64,000 nt of DNA from an uncultured Actinomycetes bacterium (lineage in GTDB: Bacteria > Actinomycetota > Acidimicrobiia > IMCC26256 > DASPTH01), in the NCBI GenBank assembly GCA_963775795.1, contig CAVZKC010000004.1, forward strand, positions 722,613 through 786,612. Direction: 5' to 3'. This document shows, in pieces, positions 58,227 to 64,000 of this stretch. The notes beneath the pieces were generated by a model that was given only the letters and a program-made list of their open reading frames with translations, had not been told where the DNA came from and searched no databases. The translations under genes and the position numbers were made by a program. Position 1 is the first letter of the stretch. Each line of letters begins with the position of its first letter.

Positions 58227-59777
58227 CTACAACGCCCTCGACATCTGCGACACGAGGTGCGTCACCGTCGGGTCGGTGATCTTGAACAACAGGTTGGGGT
58301 AGATGCCGAGCACGAGGATGAGCACGAGGAGCGGCGTCCACGCGATCCACTCGGGCCCGTGGACGTCGTGGATGTGCTCGTGCTCGTATTCCGGCTTCCC
58401 CTTCCCCATCGCCACCCGCTGGAGCATCCAGAGCAGGTATCCCGCCGCGAGGACCGTTCCGACCGCGGCGATGACCATGTACGTGCGGAACGTCCACAGC
58501 GTGCCGTCGAGGCCCCCGGTCAGGCCGAACGGCAGCTTGGGTTCGTAGGCGGACAGGATCGCCGGGAATTCACCCCAGAACCCGGCGAGCCCGGGAAGGC
58601 CGAGGGAGGCCATGGCGCAGAAGCCGAGGATCCAGCCGAGGTGGGGCGCCTGGGTCAGCATGCCTCCGAGGCGGCTCAGCTCGCGGGTGCCGTAGCGCTC
58701 CTGCACGGACCCGGCCACGAAGAAGAGCATGCCGGTGATGAGGCCGTGCGCCACCATGCCGAAGACGGCGGCATTGATCCCGAAGTCCGTGAGCGTCGCG
58801 ATGCCGAGCATCACGAAGCCCATGTGCGCGATCGAGGAGAACGCGATCAAGCGTTTCATGTCGGTCTGCGCGAGACAGCACAGGGCGCCGTAGATGATCC
58901 CGATCACCGCCAACAACCCGATCCACGGAGCCCACGACTGCGCGGCTTCGGGCAGGAGCGGGAGGGCGATGCGGATGAAGCCGTAGGTCCCGAGCTTCAG
59001 GAGGATGGCGGCCAGTAGCACCGAACCCACCGTGGGAGCCTCGGTGTGCGCATCGGGCAACCACGTGTGGAACGGAAACATCGGCACCTTGATCGCGAAC
59101 CCGAGGAAGAGCCCGGCGAAGAGCAGGATCTGCGTGCCGCGGACGATGCCGTCCCCGTGGAGCTCGGACAATCGCACGATGTCGAACGTCTGCTCCTTGC
59201 TGAGGAAGAAGATCGCCAGGAAGCTCAACAGCATCAACGCCGACCCGAACAGCGTGAAGAGGAAGAACTTGATCGACGCGTACTCGCGGTTGGGGCCTCC
59301 CCACACGCCGATCATGAAGAACATCGGGAGCAGCACGATCTCGAAGAAGATGAAGAAGAGGATCAGGTCCTCGGCCACAAACGTGCCGTTCATCCCGACT
59401 TCGAGCAGCAGGATGAGCGCGAGGAACGCCTTCGGGTTGTGCGGCTCGGGGAAGTGGTTCCACGAGTAAACGACCGCCATCACGGTGATGAGCATCGAGA
59501 GGATCAGGAGCGGCAGCGAGATCCCGTCGATGCCGACGTGGTAGCGGCTGTTGATCACGTCGATCCACGACTCGTTGGCGCTCAGCTGCAAGCCGTGCTT
59601 GTCGTAGTCGAACCGGGCCAGGATCCCGAGGCCTACCAGAAGCGTCAGGAGGGTGGTCGACAGCGCCACCACCTTGATGAGTCGCTCCTCGACCCTCGGG
59701 ATGCAGAGCACGACGGCCATCCCGATCAACGGGATGAAGATCGCCAGGGTCAGTGCCCAGTCGTCGAACCAGTCCAT
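58227..59777 (-). CDS. nuoM: NADH-quinone oxidoreductase subunit M
   Basis: Track ORF of 516 aa with LPMFFMIGVWGG, FAIKVPMFPFHTWLPDAHTEAPT and IAFSSIAHMGFV. Confidence 0.95.
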   Translation of the reverse strand: MDWFDDWALTLAIFIPLIGMAVVLCIPRVEERLIKVVALSTTLLTLLVGLGILARFDYDKHGLQLSANESWIDVINSRYHVGIDGISLPLLILSMLITVMAVVYSWNHFPEPHNPKAFLALILLLEVGMNGTFVAEDLILFFIFFEIVLLPMFFMIGVWGGPNREYASIKFFLFTLFGSALMLLSFLAIFFLSKEQTFDIVRLSELHGDGIVRGTQILLFAGLFLGFAIKVPMFPFHTWLPDAHTEAPTVGSVLLAAILLKLGTYGFIRIALPLLPEAAQSWAPWIGLLAVIGIIYGALCCLAQTDMKRLIAFSSIAHMGFVMLGIATLTDFGINAAVFGMVAHGLITGMLFFVAGSVQERYGTRELSRLGGMLTQAPHLGWILGFCAMASLGLPGLAGFWGEFPAILSAYEPKLPFGLTGGLDGTLWTFRTYMVIAAVGTVLAAGYLLWMLQRVAMGKGKPEYEHEHIHDVHGPEWIAWTPLLVLILVLGIYPNLLFKITDPTVTHLVSQMSRAL

Positions 59778-59796
59778 CGAACGCTTCCCTCTCGGA

Positions 59797-61881
59797 TCAG
59801 GTGTTGGCCAGGACGAGGATCAGGCTGAGCAGACCGATCGCCCCGAACAGGAACAGCGCGTACCGCTGCACTCGACCGGATTGCAGATAGCGGAGGAGCC
59901 CGCCGGTGTCGCCCGTGACGTTGGCGAGCTCGTTCACCGCGCCGTCGACCCCCCGCTGGTCGACGACGCCGTAGGTGAACCGGCCGGCGCGCTCCGCCGA
60001 CGTGCCCACCGCGTTGACGAACCGGTCGATCACGTTCTGGTTGAGCCAGTACGCGGCCTGCGCGATCGGGCCCTTGATCGACGCGACGACGACGCCCGTG
60101 TAGAGGTCGTCCAGGTAGTACTTGTTCTCGAGGAACCGGTAACCGGCGCGTGCCCCGGCGTTGCGCTGCGTGAGCCCGCGGAACGGACCGAGCTCCTCTC
60201 GACGGAACAGGAGATAGCTGACGAAGCCGATCGCCGCCACAGCCAGCGAGACGGACACCACCGCGAGCGTGGTGTCGAAGTCGGCGTGGACGAGCGTCGG
60301 GAACTGCGTGGTGGGCTCGACCCACTCCTTGAACTTCTCGATCCCGAACGGCGCCGCGTTGAACAGGCCGGCGAACACCGAGAAGAACGCGAGGATCACG
60401 AGCGGGACCGTGATCACCCGCTCGGACTCGTGCGGCTGGCCGTGGCCGCGGTACTCGCCGAAGAACGTGAGGTAGACGCAGCGCGTCATGTACGCCGCGG
60501 TGAGCAGCGCGCCGATGAGCCCGATGATGAGGAACGTGTCGTAGCCACCCTGGCTGGCCGTGGCGAGGATCTCGTCCTTCGACCAGAAGCCGGCGAGCGG
60601 GAAGATCCCGGCGAGCGCCAGGGTGCCGATGATGAAGGTCCAGAACGTGATCGGCATGTGCTTGCGCAGGCCGCCCATGTCGCTCTTCATGTCGAACGAG
60701 TGGTGCGCGCCCGAGTGGCTCACCGATCCGGCCCCGAGGAAGAGCAGGGCCTTGAAGAAGGCGTGCGTGAAGAGGTGGAACACCGCCGCCGTCCACGCGC
60801 CGACACCGAGCGCCATCACCATGTAGCCGAGCTGGCTGATCGTCGAGTAGGCGAGCACCTTCTTGATGTCGCGCTGGACGAACGCGAGCAGCGCCCCGAT
60901 GAGGATGGTGATCCCGCCGATGAGCGCCATCGCGTTGACGCCGCCGTTGGCGATCGAGAAGCCCTCGTAGAACACGGGATAGAGGCGCACGCCGAGGTAG
61001 ACGCCCGCGACCACCATCGTCGCCGCGTGGATGAGCGCCGAGACGGGCGTCGGGCCGGCCATGGCGTCGGGCAGCCACGTGTGGAGCGGGAATTGGCCGC
61101 TCTTGCCGATGATGCCGATGAACAGGCAGGCCGCGCCCGCGAGGAGGAGGCCGTGGTTGGCCCCCGGGCTCAGGGCGTACTCGTTGATGCCCCCGATGCT
61201 GAACGTCCCCGCGGCGAAGAACGTGATGATGATGCCGATCATCAGGCCGATGTCGCCGGTGCGGGTCGTGAGGAACGCTTTGAGCGCCGCGTCGGAGTTC
61301 GGCTTCTCCTCCCACCAGTGACCGATCAACACGAAGGAACAGAGGCCCACGCCCTCCCAGCCGACCAGGAGCTGCAGCGTGTTCTCGGACACGACGAGGA
61401 GCAGCATCGACGCGGTGAAGAGACTGAGCATCGCGTAGTAGTGCGTGAAGCGGACGTCGCCGCGCAGATATGCCGTCGAGTAGACGTGCACCAGCAGCGA
61501 GACCAACGAGACGACGAACATCATCATCACGACGAGACCGTCGACCCGCGTGCCGACTGTGATCTCGACGCCGCCGTTCTGCCACCACGTGATCGTGTTG
61601 ACGACCGGTTTCACCACCACTTCCGTGCCGTGTCCGCCGACTTCGGACGCGCCGATCAGCGCGCGGGCGATCCCGTGGACGCCACCCTCGGCATGGCCAC
61701 CTTCCGCCGAGTTGACCCGGTCGATCCACTGCACGACCGCGACGCACGACAAGAGGAACGACGTGCCGACGGCCGCGATCCCGAGGCCCGATCCCTTGTC
61801 GGGGAAGCGCTTGCCGAACAGCAGGATCGCGAAGAACGACAGCGCGGGGATGGCCGGAATGATCCAGGCGTGCTCGAGCAC
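59797..61881 (-). CDS. nuoL: NADH-quinone oxidoreductase subunit L
   Basis: Track ORF of 694 aa with a GTG start. GWEGVGLCSFVLIGHWW, GKSGQFPLHTWLPDAMAGPTPVSALIHAATMV and AYSTISQLGYM are present. Confidence 0.95.
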   Translation of the reverse strand: MLEHAWIIPAIPALSFFAILLFGKRFPDKGSGLGIAAVGTSFLLSCVAVVQWIDRVNSAEGGHAEGGVHGIARALIGASEVGGHGTEVVVKPVVNTITWWQNGGVEITVGTRVDGLVVMMMFVVSLVSLLVHVYSTAYLRGDVRFTHYYAMLSLFTASMLLLVVSENTLQLLVGWEGVGLCSFVLIGHWWEEKPNSDAALKAFLTTRTGDIGLMIGIIITFFAAGTFSIGGINEYALSPGANHGLLLAGAACLFIGIIGKSGQFPLHTWLPDAMAGPTPVSALIHAATMVVAGVYLGVRLYPVFYEGFSIANGGVNAMALIGGITILIGALLAFVQRDIKKVLAYSTISQLGYMVMALGVGAWTAAVFHLFTHAFFKALLFLGAGSVSHSGAHHSFDMKSDMGGLRKHMPITFWTFIIGTLALAGIFPLAGFWSKDEILATASQGGYDTFLIIGLIGALLTAAYMTRCVYLTFFGEYRGHGQPHESERVITVPLVILAFFSVFAGLFNAAPFGIEKFKEWVEPTTQFPTLVHADFDTTLAVVSVSLAVAAIGFVSYLLFRREELGPFRGLTQRNAGARAGYRFLENKYYLDDLYTGVVVASIKGPIAQAAYWLNQNVIDRFVNAVGTSAERAGRFTYGVVDQRGVDGAVNELANVTGDTGGLLRYLQSGRVQRYALFLFGAIGLLSLILVLANT

Positions 61882-61883
61882 CG

Positions 61884-62183
61884 TCAGCCCCTCATCTCGT
61901 CGACGTTGTCGAGATCGACGCTGTGCGAGTTGCGGTAGATGAGCAGGACGATCGCGAGACCGACACCTACCTCGGCCGCCGCGATCGTGATCACGAAGAG
62001 GGCGAACACCGCGCCCTCGACCGAGCTCCGGAACGCGGAGAAGGCGATGAGGTTGATGTTCACCGCGTTGAGCATCAGCTCGATGCTCATGAGCACGAGC
62101 ACCGCGTTCTTCCGGGCAAGCACGCCGTACACACCGGTGCAGAACAGGAAAGCGCCGAGGATCAGGAACTGGTTGAGATGCAT
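61884..62183 (-). CDS. nuoK: NADH-quinone oxidoreductase subunit K
   Basis: ATG 62183 forms a TGATG overlap with the nuoJ stop, inside track ORF 61884..62765. LMSIELMLNAVNINLIAFS and AAAEVGVGLAIVL are present. Confidence 0.95.
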   Translation of the reverse strand: MHLNQFLILGAFLFCTGVYGVLARKNAVLVLMSIELMLNAVNINLIAFSAFRSSVEGAVFALFVITIAAAEVGVGLAIVLLIYRNSHSVDLDNVDEMRG

Positions 62184-62686
62184 CAGTCCCTCCGCGCGAT
62201 CACGACGGCGCCCACGAGCGCGGCGAGGAGCAACATCGAGACGACCTCGAAGGGCACGAGGTAGTTGGTGAAGATGCTGTTGGCCACGTGGTCGGCGCTG
62301 CCGATGCGGACGAGCCGGTCCTTCATCTCGATCTTGTCGCCGCCGTAGGCGTCGACGACGAGCGCGGTGACGACACCGAACAGGAAGAGCGAGACGACGG
62401 CGGACGCGACCCGCTGCGAATTGTCGAGCGGCCCGGTACTTCGCATGGGCGCGTTCGTGAGCATGATGCCGAAGAGAAACAGGATCACGACCGCGCCGAT
62501 GTAGATCAGCACCTGTACCCAGGCGACGAACTCCGAGGCGAGCAAGATGTACTGCGCGGCGATGCCCGCGAGCGTGACCACGAGGAAGAGCGCGGCGTGC
62601 ACCACGTTCTGCGACCGGACCACGCCGATCGCTGCCCCCGCGATCGCGACCGCGAGAATCCAGAACGCGATGTTTTGTGCGACCAC
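62183..62686 (-). CDS. nuoJ: NADH-quinone oxidoreductase subunit J
   Basis: Track ORF of 167 aa with VVHAALFLVVTLAGIAAQYILLASEFVAWVQVLIYIGAVVILFLFGIML. Confidence 0.9.
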   Translation of the reverse strand: MVAQNIAFWILAVAIAGAAIGVVRSQNVVHAALFLVVTLAGIAAQYILLASEFVAWVQVLIYIGAVVILFLFGIMLTNAPMRSTGPLDNSQRVASAVVSLFLFGVVTALVVDAYGGDKIEMKDRLVRIGSADHVANSIFTNYLVPFEVVSMLLLAALVGAVVIARRD

Positions 62687-62701
62687 GTGAAAGCCCTGCC
62701 C

Positions 62702-63184
62702 CTACTTCTTTTTCGCCTCGGCGCCGATTTCGAGCGGCTCGGGCTCGGGCACCGTCTCCATCCACTCACCCAGCTTCCGCTTGTCGTGCAGCAGCCGGGC
62801 GATGTTCGACTCGCTGTACTCGTACTCCGGGCTCCAGAACAACGCGTCGAACGGGCACACCTCCACGCAGATCCCGCAGTACATGCACAGGGCGTAGTCG
62901 ATGTCGAAACGGTCGAGCACGCTGACCGTCCGCTCGCGGCCGCCCTCCCGGCGCGGCGGCCGCTTCTCCTTGTGCCCCTCGATGTAGATGCACCAGTCCG
63001 GGCATGACCGCGCGCACAGCATGCAGACCGTGCAGTTCTCCTCCTTCAGCGCGATGACGCCGCGGGCGCGCGGCGCCGGGTCTTCGCGCTCGTGGGGATA
63101 CTGCACGGTGACCGCAGGCTTCAGCATCGTCTTGAACGTGACGCCGAGGCCCGAGATCACGCCGGGAAGCTTCGGTCGAGCCAT
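62702..63184 (-). CDS. nuoI: NADH-quinone oxidoreductase subunit I (2x[4Fe-4S])
   Basis: ATG 63184 forms a TGATG overlap with the nuoH stop, inside track ORF 62702..63808. The two ferredoxin motifs are [12 protein letters not shown] and [12 protein letters not shown]. Confidence 0.95.
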   Translation of the reverse strand: MARPKLPGVISGLGVTFKTMLKPAVTVQYPHEREDPAPRARGVIALKEENCTVCMLCARSCPDWCIYIEGHKEKRPPRREGGRERTVSVLDRFDIDYALCMYCGICVEVCPFDALFWSPEYEYSESNIARLLHDKRKLGEWMETVPEPEPLEIGAEAKKK

Positions 63185-64000
63185 CACGCTGCAACTTTCA
63201 GGATGCCGGTGAGGAGGATGTTGGCGAGCCCGATCGGGATCAGCACCTTCCAGGCCAGCGCCTGGAGCTGGTCTTCCCGCAGGCGCGGATACGTGAAGCG
63301 CACCCAGAACATCAGGAAGGCGACGAGCATCACTTTGGCGAACAGCACGAAGGGGCCGAGCAGGCGCATCACGCCGATGTCGCTGACGAACGGCAGCGTC
63401 CAACCTCCGAGGAACAGCGTCGCGGCGAGCGCGGCGAACGCGAACGCGGTGCCGAACTCGCCGATGAAGAAGAAGAGGAACCGGAACCCGGTGTACTCGA
63501 CCATGTAGCCGGCGACCAGCTCGCTCTCGGCCACGGGCATGTCGAACGGCGTCTGGGTCAGCTCCGCCTGCGACGCGACGAGGAACAGCGCGAAGCCGAC
63601 GAACTGCGTGAGGATGAACGGGTTGCCCAACCCACTCCACCCGAAGATCGCGCCGTCGGCCTGGGCCGCCACGATGCCCTGCAGGCTCATCGTGCCCGCC
63701 TGCACCACGACACCCACCACCGCCAACAGCAGCGGCAGCTCGTAGGCGATGAGCTGCGCGGCCGCACGCAGCGCCCCGAGCAGCGAGAACTTGTTCGCGC
63801 TCGCCCAACCGGCCATCAACACGCCGACGACCGACAGGCTCGACACCGCGAGCGCGTAGAACACGCCGACGTTGAGGTCGCGCACGATCAGGTCGGGCCC
63901 CGCGGGGATCACGAGGAACACGAGGAACGTGGAGATCACGACGACCGCCGGCGCGAACGCGAACACGCGCCGGTCGGCCTGGGCCGGCATCACGTCTTCC
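63184..64000 (-). CDS. nuoH: NADH-quinone oxidoreductase subunit H, C-terminal part (gene runs off the right edge)
   Basis: Track ORF 63184..63993 starts at an internal Met, and the frame stays open to position 64000. [38 protein letters not shown] and [12 protein letters not shown] are present. Confidence 0.93.
   Translation of the reverse strand, partial: EDVMPAQADRRVFAFAPAVVVISTFLVFLVIPAGPDLIVRDLNVGVFYALAVSSLSVVGVLMAGWASANKFSLLGALRAAAQLIAYELPLLLAVVGVVVQAGTMSLQGIVAAQADGAIFGWSGLGNPFILTQFVGFALFLVASQAELTQTPFDMPVAESELVAGYMVEYTGFRFLFFFIGEFGTAFAFAALAATLFLGGWTLPFVSDIGVMRLLGPFVLFAKVMLVAFLMFWVRFTYPRLREDQLQALAWKVLIPIGLANILLTGILKVAA

Overview
GC-rich, actinobacterial-type chromosome segment. It is almost entirely the minus-strand ribosomal/transcription super-region, interrupted by small accessory inserts. 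The ORF track prints M for GTG and TTG starts.

Gene order, reading right to left on the minus strand:
- nuoH (partial)-I-J-K-L-M-N, then a MidA/NDUFAF7-like methyltransferase. An HNH/DUF222 gene lies on the + strand here.
- acs, a HAD phosphatase, a small membrane protein, htpX and a secreted HExxH protease. yajQ and a GNAT gene lie on the + strand.
- tRNA-Tyr, tRNA-Thr, tRNA-Met, rpmG.
- An ECF sigma / anti-sigma / ASCH-like / sulfotransferase operon, convergent with a + strand flippase.
- tRNA-Trp, secE-nusG-rplK-rplA, rplJ-rplL, rpoB-rpoC, rpsL-rpsG-fusA-tuf, rpsJ.
- A + strand insert: a membrane protein plus glutamate decarboxylase.
- rplC through rpsQ, then rplN through rplO-secY-adk-map.
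- An insert of three oxidoreductase-related genes.
- infA-rpmJ-rpsM-rpsK-rpsD-rpoA-rplQ-truA, a ferritin-VIT1 transporter, an AP-superfamily gene on the + strand, and rplM-rpsI-glmM (partial).

rpmJ, rpmG, glmM and four tRNAs are absent from the ORF track and were found by hand translation or folding. I saw no rRNA, CRISPR array, prophage or recognisable defence system.

Main oddities:
1. Seven conserved genes (VIT1, lldD-like, rplV, a YrhK-like membrane gene, rplJ, the protease, nuoN) each change reading frame once. Assembly indels look more likely than real gene decay, but this needs read-level checking.
2. In rplV and rplJ the frame change separates the conserved core from an acidic tail encoded by a hexanucleotide microsatellite. 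This creates stop-less pseudo-fusions with rpsC and rplL.
3. rpsJ is separated from rplC by an opposite-strand gad module.
4. A MidA/NDUFAF7 homologue is appended to the nuo operon.
5. An ECF-sigma-led sulfotransferase module sits in the rpmG / tRNA-Trp slot.
6. The rpsG-fusA spacer is about 300 nt, structured, and carries a (GAGAA)4 purine tract.

No database searches were run. All family calls rest on motifs I recognise in the translations.
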